Virus record (IMG/VR): IMGVR_UViG_3300047444_000577
Location: 1 to 64,000 of that record
DNA from: a virus
DNA length: 64,000 nt
Strand: one strand, 5' to 3'
The position numbers were made by a program, and so were the translations under genes. The first letter of the stretch is position 1, and every line of letters begins with the position of its first letter. Below, piece after piece: positions 54,419-62,170 of the stretch. The notes under the pieces were generated by a model that had not been told where the DNA came from, made no database searches, and saw only the letters and a program-made list of their open reading frames with translations.

Positions 54419-55237
54419 TCACCAGTACCCGTTGATGGTCTGGGTGGGGATCCCGGACTCGTCGTCGTTCTGGTGGCCTGGGCCGATTGGAGGCAGGATC
54501 CGCTGGGGCAGCGAGTAGTCGTCGAACTCGCGCTCTCGGTACAGCGGCACCAGACGGTTGGTGGTGCGTGAGACCCGGCGCAGGTTCGTGACCTCGATCG
54601 TGAATAGGCCCACGCCCAGCTTCTGGCAGAGCATGGCGTAGCGGTCCGTCGTCGCAGCGATCTGAGTCTGCAACTGCGCGAACCGCTGACCCCGGTCGAC
54701 GGTCGTACCGTCCGAGGTCTGCACGTTGATGTCGGTGGCCGCGTCCGTCGACAGCGTCCACATCGCCTCGATCGAGGCGAGCAGCGCGACGAGCAGCTCT
54801 TCCTCCGCAGGGAGGTTCGCGACCGTCACCTGGCGCTCGTCGTAGCGGATGAATCCGTTGGCGTCCTGGTAGCGCGTCGAGACGGTACGCCCCTTGGTGT
54901 GCTGCGCGAGGGCGTCCGTGACCTTCTGGGTCAACTCCTCGTCCGAGAAGAGTCCATAGGAGTTCCCGGCGACCAGCAGGAGCACATCGACAGGCAGGGG
55001 TACCGTCAGGTCGATGATGCCGTTGAGGTCGTCCAGCGTGTAGTCGGCCGGGGTGGCGAGGGTGGTCTGCGTGGTGCCTGTGAGGGAGACCACGGACAGT
55101 CCGGTGGTGGAGATGTTCTGGGCGCTCAGCTCGTACTGGAGAACATCCCCCGTGCCCCGAAGGGTGTCGCGGAACGGCTGCAGGCGGTCGCCTATCTCCC
55201 CGCGTACGCGCGTGACCAGGTCGGTCATAGTAGCCAT
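54419..55237 (-). CDS. Head-to-tail adaptor-like protein
   Basis: LVTRVR.EIGD...LFSDEEL pattern; position. Confidence 0.6.
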   Translation of the reverse strand: MATMTDLVTRVRGEIGDRLQPFRDTLRGTGDVLQYELSAQNISTTGLSVVSLTGTTQTTLATPADYTLDDLNGIIDLTVPLPVDVLLLVAGNSYGLFSDEELTQKVTDALAQHTKGRTVSTRYQDANGFIRYDERQVTVANLPAEEELLVALLASIEAMWTLSTDAATDINVQTSDGTTVDRGQRFAQLQTQIAATTDRYAMLCQKLGVGLFTIEVTNLRRVSRTTNRLVPLYREREFDDYSLPQRILPPIGPGHQNDDESGIPTQTINGYW

Positions 55238-55250
55238 TCCGCGACCCCTC

Positions 55251-55670
55251 TCAGGATCCGTTGAGCGTCAGAAGGCCAGCGGCGATCTGGAGGGACTCGG
55301 CGGTGACGGCGAGCATCGGCGAAGCGATAGGCCAGACGTACATCACGTCCACGCCGGTCGTGCCGGTGGCCGCAGAGACCAGTGCGGCGTAGGAGGCCGC
55401 GTCGGTCATGTCCGCCGTGAATGGGCCGTAGAACAGCAGCGCGCTGTTCTGGGTGGTCATCGGGGTGCCGGACGGAGCCGTCCACACCACCTGCTGGCGC
55501 GCGTACCCGGGGGTCGTGATCTCGGCCAGCGTGGAGGCGTCGGTCAGCGGTGAGCCCGGGTCCGCAGTGAGCAGAGCCAGGTAGGTGTTGCGCGTGGTGG
55601 TCCGCGCGATTGCCCGGCCCGTGAGAAGGTCCAGGGCATTGGCCGCCCACACAGCGTTGGTACCGGACAT
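55251..55670 (-). CDS. Virion structural protein (139 aa)
   Basis: YLALLTADP...GYARQ.V.W pattern, common in virion-associated proteins. Confidence 0.65.
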   Translation of the reverse strand: MSGTNAVWAANALDLLTGRAIARTTTRNTYLALLTADPGSPLTDASTLAEITTPGYARQQVVWTAPSGTPMTTQNSALLFYGPFTADMTDAASYAALVSAATGTTGVDVMYVWPIASPMLAVTAESLQIAAGLLTLNGS

Positions 55671-55966
55671 CAGGCGTCCACCTTCTTGAACATCCGCAGG
55701 AAGTCGGACACGTGCAGGGAGAACAGACGCCGGGCGGTACCGGGGGCGTGCGTGCCCTCGTCGGTGATGACGTGGGTGGCGTGCTCATGCGACAGCACGA
55801 CCGAAGCCTCACCCGCGTGTCCGACGCCAGCGGTACCCGCCTCGTGGACGGCCTCGAACTGCACGACCGAGCCGTTGGGGATGTGGCCCATGCCAGAGCC
55901 GAGGCCCTCGGGGCTGTCGAGCACGAAGGAGTCACCGGCCACCGGGGCCGGAACAGGGGTAGTCAT
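55670..55966 (-). CDS. Hypothetical protein (98 aa)
   Basis: AGGAG RBS; TGATG overlap. Confidence 0.65.
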   Translation of the reverse strand: MTTPVPAPVAGDSFVLDSPEGLGSGMGHIPNGSVVQFEAVHEAGTAGVGHAGEASVVLSHEHATHVITDEGTHAPGTARRLFSLHVSDFLRMFKKVDA

Positions 55967-55986
55967 GAAGGAGGTCTCCTACTGGC

Positions 55987-56367
55987 TCAGTGCCAGATGT
56001 ATCCGAGGTCGTCCAGGTGGTCGTACAGCGGCTTCGGGGCGCGGTAGCGGATGCCCTCCTCGAAGTCGTAGTGCTGGCCGTGGCCGAAGGTCATTTGCTC
56101 GATGGTGGAGTTGACGCGGAACTCGCGCAGCGGCACCTCGACGTCGACCGTGTCGGAGACCTCGATCGCGGATGGGGCCGGAGGCGGGGTCATGTCGCGG
56201 GGAAGGACGTCGTGGACGGTGTCGTCACGCTCAGCCGCAGCCGCCTCGTTCATGAGGGAGATCTCGTTCTCGCGCCGCTTCAGTTCCTCGGCGTTCTCCT
56301 TGGCCAGCATGGCCTTGTTGCGGCCGGTGAGGTCACCAGGGCGAGCGACATTTCGTGCAGTAGGCAT
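55987..56367 (-). CDS. Hypothetical virion-module protein (126 aa)
   Basis: GGAG RBS; follows the capsid gene. Confidence 0.7.
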   Translation of the reverse strand: MPTARNVARPGDLTGRNKAMLAKENAEELKRRENEISLMNEAAAAERDDTVHDVLPRDMTPPPAPSAIEVSDTVDVEVPLREFRVNSTIEQMTFGHGQHYDFEEGIRYRAPKPLYDHLDDLGYIWH

Positions 56368-56422
56368 TCAGTTCTCCGGATTCGGAACTCGTAGCAGTGA
56401 ATCAGTACAAGGCTAACGAGAA

Positions 56423-56454
56423 AGGGGAGCCGCACGTTAAAGTGCGGCTCCCCT
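56423..56454 (-). terminator. Terminator downstream of major capsid gene
   Basis: AGGGGAGCCGCAC...GTGCGGCTCCCCT stem followed by T-rich sequence. Confidence 0.7.
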
Positions 56455-56510
56455 ATCGGGTCTTGATGCTGTCACCAACTCAGCAGGCGGGGCCTTGCGG
56501 CGGCGCTAAC

Positions 56511-58343
56511 TCAGTTGGTCTCGGCGATCAGGACGGCCTGGTCGGTGATGAGGCCAAGGCCCCAGATCGCGTACCAGGCGAGTGCGTGCTCTCGCATTCT
56601 GTTACCCCTCCGGTCTCCCGGAGTGGGCTGGTCATTTCTGCCAGCCTCTGCATGTCTCCATGCAGATCCGAACTATATCTTCACCCGCGTGGGGTGACCC
56701 GTACATAGTCTGTGAACCTTCCCCAGCTAAAGGGCTCGGCTGCTGATTATCCCTACCCTCAGATTTTCAAGCGTTCACGCTCAGACTTTCGTCTCACGTT
56801 GTAGCTCTGAGGTCTAGCAGGACGTCCCAGCAATTCTCGGGTTGTTCACTGACAGATTGCTCTGTCAGGCGGCCAAAGTGAAACCGAAGTCGAGGATGCC
56901 GCCGTCGCGCAGTTCCACCGGGAGGGAGATCGCGTGCCCGAAGGCGTTGTCGCCCAGGAAGATGCTCTGGTAGACCGTCTTCCCCAGTGCGTTGGTGAAC
57001 TGCTTCACCTGCGTGGTCTCGATGAACACCACGTCGTTGAGGCGGCCGATCTCGCCGATCATGAACGAGCCCGGGGCCGCGTACTTGGTGACCTCGATCC
57101 ACTCGGGGTCATCGCGCAACTGCCGCGACTGGTGCGGGTGGACGAACGCCACGTACGTGTCCCCCAAGCGGGGGACGTTCTTGGTGCTCAGTGTCTCGGT
57201 GGCGTCCTTGGTGAGGGCCGCCGTGAAACTGAAGGTGCCGTCCAGCAGGTCAGTGCCGGTGGCGGCGGTGCCGTGCGAGTACTGCGCCATGACGCCGAAC
57301 GCGCTGGTCTGGGCGTACTTGTTGTAGCCCCAGATCTTGCTCGACGCCTGCAGGAGGGTGTCCCGCGCGGACTGGTCGAGGTAGAGCGCCATGTTTCGCG
57401 TTCTGTTACCCCTCCGGATTTCTCCGAAGTGGGCTGGTCATTTCTGCCAGCCTCTACAGGTTTCCCTGTAGACCCGAACATCTCTTGACCCTCTCGGGTC
57501 TCCCGTGCATGTTCTGTGAACCTTCCCCAGTTAAGGGGCTCGGCTGCTGATTGTCCCTACCCTCTTCTTCTCAAACCATCGCGCTCGGGCTTTCGCCCCA
57601 CGCTGTGGTGAAGAGGTCTAGCAGGATGTTCCAGCAATTCTCGGGATTTTCACTGAGAGGTTTCCCTCTCAGGCGGCCAAAGTGAGACCGAGCAGACGCG
57701 AGGCCGAGGCCATCACGTCGTCGAAGGACGCGTTGAGCAGGAGTTCGGAGACGGCGACCGCGTAGCCGTGCTCAGCCACCGTGATGGAGAACTGAGAGGC
57801 CGACAGGGCGTTGGTCTGCATCCGAACGCCTTCGACCAACTGGGAAGCGGCTCCCAAATTGTTGTACCTCATGAAGTTGATTTGGAGACCGGGCTGAACA
57901 CCCAACTCCGTCTTCTTCACGGCGAACTGCTCGACAATTCGCGATTGTTACCCGCTGGCTGCGGGGCCAAAGCATTTCTGTCTGGCTCTTGCACTTTTCC
58001 ATCGTGCAAGTTCGGACTATATTTTCATCTCCAGTACCGACCTACTGCCCATCTAAAGGCTGGAACTGTTGGAGATGCCTCGCGTGTAGTCTCTACGGAG
58101 TCCCAGATGTTGGGTTCCCTCGGTATTCCCCATTCGCCCATTTGGAGGGGTTCACCGATACAGCGTGGTTCTCACTGACCCATCACTGGATCAGGCGGCC
58201 CGAGACCGGAGGATCGGCATGCTCTGGAACAGGATCTCCTTGGACCAGATGGTCTGGATCGCCGCACCGAGCGTGCTGTTGGCACCCGAGTAGTTCGTCG
58301 GCGAGGCCGACAGGTTCGGGGTACCGGTGATTGCACTGGGCAT
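56511..58343 (-). CDS. Major capsid protein (N4-gp56-like), spliced: join(58205..58343, 57687..57934, 56883..57398, 56511..56594), 328 aa
   Basis: Exons of 139+248+516+84 nt join in frame: ...MPILR-F-EQFAVKKTELG...SRLLG|RNMALYLD...GILDFG|REHALAWYAIWG...ETN*. AAAAGGA RBS; follows the scaffold gene. Confidence 0.92.
56595..56882 (-). ncRNA. Group I intron 3 of major capsid gene (288 nt, ORF-less)
   Basis: Boundaries CGGU|...G|CGA. P AAUUGCUGGGA, Q AAUCAGCAG, R GUUCACAGACUA, S AAGAUAUAGUUCG; IGS GGCCG. Confidence 0.93.
57399..57686 (-). ncRNA. Group I intron 2 of major capsid gene (288 nt, ORF-less)
   Basis: Boundaries CGGU|...G|CGA. P AAUUGCUGGAA, Q AAUCAGCAG, R GUUCACAGAACA, S AAGAGAUGUUCG (compensatory P7). 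Confidence 0.93.
57935..58204 (-). ncRNA. Group I intron 1 of major capsid gene (270 nt, ORF-less, different core type)
   Basis: Boundaries CGGU|...G|UCGAG. P UAUCGGUGAA, Q AAUACCGAG, R CGUAGAGACUA, S AAAAUAUAGUCC; P10 CUCGG/UCGAG. Confidence 0.92.
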
Positions 58344-58375
58344 GTGTCAGTCCTTTTGTTGCGGGTACTCGTGGA

Positions 58376-59221
58376 TTACGAGTACAGTCCACGCTGGTTA
58401 CCGGCCGACTGGCCGATCCCCAACTGGCCCCGAATCTTGGCGTATTCCGACATCGGCATGTCCTTCAGGTCGCTGACGGAGTACGACTTGTGTCCCGGTT
58501 CAGAGTCCATTGGTCCAGTCGTGGCATATCCCGTAGGGCTGACTCCACGCATCTGCGAGCGCTGCTGAATCGCAGCCTGCTGAACAGACTCAAGAATAGC
58601 CTGAGTCTTTCCCTTGAGGGTATTCAGGCTTTCCTCGACCTGCTCCGGCGAATTGCCGGTCACGAGGTCGAGAAGTTCTGGGGCGATGTTGTCCTGCTCC
58701 TCGCCGACGCGGCGCTGGATGTAGGACTGCAGGGCGTTGAACTCCTGCTCCTTCGCGAAGAGGGCGCGCTCGTTCTCGCGATCCGCCTCGAACTGGGCGA
58801 AGCGGCTGTTCCACTCCGCCTCCTTGGCCGCCAGGAGGTCCTTGGCGGACATCTCCTGCTCGGCCTGAGTGCGGGCGGCCTCCTGGGCCTGGCGCTGCCG
58901 CTCTGCCTCGGCCTCCTGGGCCTCCTCCCGCGCCTTGCGCTGGGCCTCGATCTCGTCCAGGAACTTCTTGTTCTGGGTCTCGACCGTGTCCAGGCGCTTG
59001 TACAACTTGTCCTTCTCCTCCTGCCGCGCCCGCTCGATGTCCGCAGCAGTGAAGCGCGGCTCAGCGGGGGCCGGAGTCGGCGGGGGGACGACCGGGATGG
59101 TGATGACCGGCTCGCCGGGCTCAGGTGCGCCGCCAGCGATGTTGTAGATCGGCGAGCCGTTCTTGCGGTGGCCCAGCACGGTCATGGCGGGCAGGGAAAT
59201 GCCCGAGGTATGAAGCGGCAT
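58376..59221 (-). CDS. Capsid scaffolding protein
   Basis: ATG at 59221 after AGGAG; long coiled coil; C-terminal MPMSEYAKIR..LG; lies between portal and capsid genes. Confidence 0.8.
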   Translation of the reverse strand: MPLHTSGISLPAMTVLGHRKNGSPIYNIAGGAPEPGEPVITIPVVPPPTPAPAEPRFTAADIERARQEEKDKLYKRLDTVETQNKKFLDEIEAQRKAREEAQEAEAERQRQAQEAARTQAEQEMSAKDLLAAKEAEWNSRFAQFEADRENERALFAKEQEFNALQSYIQRRVGEEQDNIAPELLDLVTGNSPEQVEESLNTLKGKTQAILESVQQAAIQQRSQMRGVSPTGYATTGPMDSEPGHKSYSVSDLKDMPMSEYAKIRGQLGIGQSAGNQRGLYS

Positions 59222-59234
59222 TCGCTTTCGACTC

Positions 59235-60953
59235 CTAGTCGGTATCTGTGTCCGGATTTCGGCGGAGTCCCGCTCTGGGGCCATACGCCTGTGTCACGAT
59301 CTCGTTGATCATTTTCTGAACCTCGGGTGCTGTAATGGACCCGAGATCGAGTCCACCGGGGAGCGACACCGGATTCGGACCCCCAGGCGCATTGATCGGG
59401 TTACCGGCCGCATCCGTCTGAGGTGCAGGCGCATCCACCCCATCCGGTGGCATTCCCGTCAACGAGAGAATAGCCGAGTCGAACTGCGCCTTTAGCATGC
59501 GCAATGCGGCCTGCTGCTTGGCGTCCTCGATCTGCTCCTCGAATATCTCCCTGACCTTCTCGTCGGGGAACTCCTCGCCCAGTGTGTGCAGCGCCCCGCG
59601 CATCGACTCCAGACCCAGGGACATCTTCACCTGGATCTCGTTCAGCGCGATGAGAACGTCGACAGGGAGAGGTGCTGGCCATTCGCACTCGGTGAAGTAG
59701 GCCATGGGATCCCGGACGTCCACCATCGTTGGCTGGTCGCTCTTCATGATTCCCTCGGTGGAGGGATCGTAGAGGCGCGTCTCAGGCTCGAAGGTGAACA
59801 GGGTCTTGAGGATCAAGTTGTTGATCTTCTGCAAGCCGACGGAATACTGCAGACGCTTCTGGTCGTATTTGGCCATCATGGGCCGGAACTGGATTGCCAG
59901 GGCGACACCCGACGTGTTGCTCACGGCCTGCATCTGACCAAGTGCGGTCTCTGGAACACCCGTGATCTCGTGCATGGAACGCTTGAGGAGTTCCAGGTAC
60001 GCGAGAGGACCATTCAGGTCCATCCCGGACTCCAGATTGAACACCTGGGCGTCCTTCGGGAGTCCTCCCCACACCTTGCGTGGGCCGCGCTCCAGGTTGC
60101 TCGCCTTCGCGCCCGTGATGATCGTTACGGGGGCCGCACCGTAGTTGATGATGTCGCTGATATCGGTGGCCTTCTCGTTGTACTCACGATTCAGGCTGAT
60201 GATGTCGGCGATGTCGGAAAGGCCCCAAGGAGATCCGGAGACCTGGGTGTTCGCGATGTGGACGACGGGGATGACACCGAGCGGGTTGGGCCGGGAGTCG
60301 ATCAGCTCGTCATCCAGGTACTCCTCGATGACGTCGTCGGTCAGCACCTCGACGTAGGTGCGCACACTTCGCGTCCCGTCCTCGCCGGTCGACCAGAAGC
60401 GGTATTTCAGTTTGAAGCGGATCAGCCGGTCCCGCGAATGGGGGTGCCACTCGGGGAAGCAAAAGGCTGAGTTGAGCGGAAGGATCTTGACCTGCCCCGG
60501 CTGCTTCTGTCCCAGACTGTCTACGTATTCGGGGGCGTAGGCGACCTTCACAAAGGAATCGCCACTGACACCTCCCTGCTGGCCCATCTCCCACAGGAGC
60601 TGGTGCTTGGAGTTGTCGACCTCCCAGGCCCGCTTGAGCAGGGCTGGGATGATGTGCTCGTACTCCTTGACGCTCTTGAAGTGAACGCCTCGGCCGAAAG
60701 TGAAGTTGAGGATGTAGTCGGCGAACGCCTTCACGTAGTTGAACGTGAGTTGCGGCTCGCCAGCCTCGCGCCGGAACGCCCAGTGGTGACCCAAGTAATA
60801 TGCGAAGTTCTGGGCATAGCGGTTAAGGCGTGGGCCGTGTACCTCAAACTCTTCGTCCGCCAACTCAACCAGCCCGAGGGGCGAGATCTGGACCGTGAGG
60901 TCCGACTGCCCGGCCCGCTGGCTAGGGCTGGCGAAGGAGATGGCTTGACTCAT
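59235..60953 (-). CDS. Portal protein (SPP1 gp6-like)
   Basis: NYVKAFAD, GVSGD, NPLGVIPVVHI.N, WGLSDI, NTSGVAL. Confidence 0.9.
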   Translation of the reverse strand: MSQAISFASPSQRAGQSDLTVQISPLGLVELADEEFEVHGPRLNRYAQNFAYYLGHHWAFRREAGEPQLTFNYVKAFADYILNFTFGRGVHFKSVKEYEHIIPALLKRAWEVDNSKHQLLWEMGQQGGVSGDSFVKVAYAPEYVDSLGQKQPGQVKILPLNSAFCFPEWHPHSRDRLIRFKLKYRFWSTGEDGTRSVRTYVEVLTDDVIEEYLDDELIDSRPNPLGVIPVVHIANTQVSGSPWGLSDIADIISLNREYNEKATDISDIINYGAAPVTIITGAKASNLERGPRKVWGGLPKDAQVFNLESGMDLNGPLAYLELLKRSMHEITGVPETALGQMQAVSNTSGVALAIQFRPMMAKYDQKRLQYSVGLQKINNLILKTLFTFEPETRLYDPSTEGIMKSDQPTMVDVRDPMAYFTECEWPAPLPVDVLIALNEIQVKMSLGLESMRGALHTLGEEFPDEKVREIFEEQIEDAKQQAALRMLKAQFDSAILSLTGMPPDGVDAPAPQTDAAGNPINAPGGPNPVSLPGGLDLGSITAPEVQKMINEIVTQAYGPRAGLRRNPDTDTD

Positions 60954-60969
60954 CGCGTGGGACTCCGAC

Positions 60970-61260
60970 TCAGATTTCGATCAGGCGCGTGGGGGTGAGG
61001 TTCCGCGTCGCGCGCTTGGCCTCGCGGCGGCTCCCGAAGGGGTCACCGCGCTGAATGACGTCTCCGCTGGGCAGGACCTCGTGCACGGCGTACTGGCGCG
61101 TGCGGCTGCCGTCCTCTGCCTCGACGGGAGTGCCACGTACGAGGTATCGGTCGTCGATGAGGCGTTTACCTACGGTCTCGCCCTGGTGCAGGCCGAGTCG
61201 TGGGACTACCTCATCGACGGTCGCCTTGGGGGTCCTGCGGCGGTCGTGGAAGGCGACCAT
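60970..61260 (-). CDS. Hypothetical protein (96 aa)
   Basis: ORF tiles in the operon. Confidence 0.6.
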   Translation of the reverse strand: MVAFHDRRRTPKATVDEVVPRLGLHQGETVGKRLIDDRYLVRGTPVEAEDGSRTRQYAVHEVLPSGDVIQRGDPFGSRREAKRATRNLTPTRLIEI

Positions 61261-61262
61261 GC

Positions 61263-61664
61263 TCAGTCGTCAACCACGGCGGGGTTGATCCGCTGGTACC
61301 GGCCGCCGGAGCGGTCGACCTGCTCGTAGGAGACGCTGGCGTAGTCGGTGAAGGAGCCCTCCGCGAAGCCGCTCAGGTAGGTCGGTGCCTCGACCCAGGC
61401 TGCGGAGCCGACGTGCGCGCGCTCGGCCATGGTCTCCTGCGGAGACTTCTCGTAGACGTTCGCGTTGTGGTTGGGCCTGCCGGGCGCGGTGAGGTAGCCC
61501 TGCATGACCCCCTTGGCGAACTCCGATGGCACGTCGGTGTCGGTGGCCACGCCCTCTTCGAACCTGAGGGGACCGCGCCTGACCGAGTTCGACGCCATCT
61601 TGCGCTCGTAGACAGCGCCTGCCCGCTCCTGGACCTGGGGGTCGGGCGCGATATTTCCAGCCAT
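61263..61664 (-). CDS. Hypothetical virion-module protein (133 aa)
   Basis: GAGGA RBS; GPLRFEEGVATDTDVP. Confidence 0.7.
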   Translation of the reverse strand: MAGNIAPDPQVQERAGAVYERKMASNSVRRGPLRFEEGVATDTDVPSEFAKGVMQGYLTAPGRPNHNANVYEKSPQETMAERAHVGSAAWVEAPTYLSGFAEGSFTDYASVSYEQVDRSGGRYQRINPAVVDD

Positions 61665-61727
61665 TCCGTAATCCTCTTTCGATAGCGAGGTAACGGAATA
61701 AGCGTATGAGTAATGCAGAACCGGTTG

Positions 61728-62156
61728 TTAACTAGTGGTAGCCGCCGGAAGCGTGAAAAGGCTGGCCGGAGAGGTGGTCGCCGAGGGTACCTGGATGTCG
61801 TATTCCGTGCCCCCGGGGAAGCACTCCTTGACGTGCCAGGAGAAAGCCGGGGAAACACCGACGACATCAGTGGCCAGCAACGAGATCGTCAACAGTCCCT
61901 TCTCGATCCGCGAGTTAACCTCGTGGAGCCACACAACGGTGTCGCCGTCGGTCACCCGCTGCACGGACGGGGTGAACCGGACCATGGAGCCGTTCAGCGC
62001 GTTGCCCTGGTCGTCCACGTACTTCGCGGTCACCTGTACGACAGTGAAGTTGGTGGGGAGAGACGTGGGTGGCGTCTCCGGTCCCGCAACGGTGGAGGCC
62101 TGCTGCGCCGTCCAGCCCGGGGAGCCCCATTCGTCGCCGTACCAGTCGTTTGCCAT
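61728..62156 (-). CDS. Hypothetical beta-rich protein (142 aa)
   Basis: ATG at 62156 after AGGA. Confidence 0.6.
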   Translation of the reverse strand: MANDWYGDEWGSPGWTAQQASTVAGPETPPTSLPTNFTVVQVTAKYVDDQGNALNGSMVRFTPSVQRVTDGDTVVWLHEVNSRIEKGLLTISLLATDVVGVSPAFSWHVKECFPGGTEYDIQVPSATTSPASLFTLPAATTS

Positions 62157-62170
62157 CGGGGGTCCTGTCG

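Larger units (their letters stand above)
2975..59215 (+). repeat. Dispersed strand-polarised octamer GTATGAAG (at least 22 exact copies)
   Basis: Copies start at 2975, 3382, 5602, 10576, 12460, 15747, 16943, 18446, 21921, 22880, 23620, 24861, 26766, 27436, 29291, 30618, 31925, 32319, 41987, 48667, 53720, 59208. Confidence 0.9.

Noticed and set aside
49078-57686. Three similar ~290-bp sequences as MITEs/IS elements, CRISPR repeats, inteins or group II introns
   Set aside because: No terminal inverted repeats, target duplications, spacer array, in-frame protein or GUGYG start; they fit group I intron rules.
56511-58343. Fragmented capsid and tube ORFs read as pseudogenes or sequencing errors
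   Set aside because: The interruptions are precise, structured insertions with group I cores whose removal restores the frames exactly.
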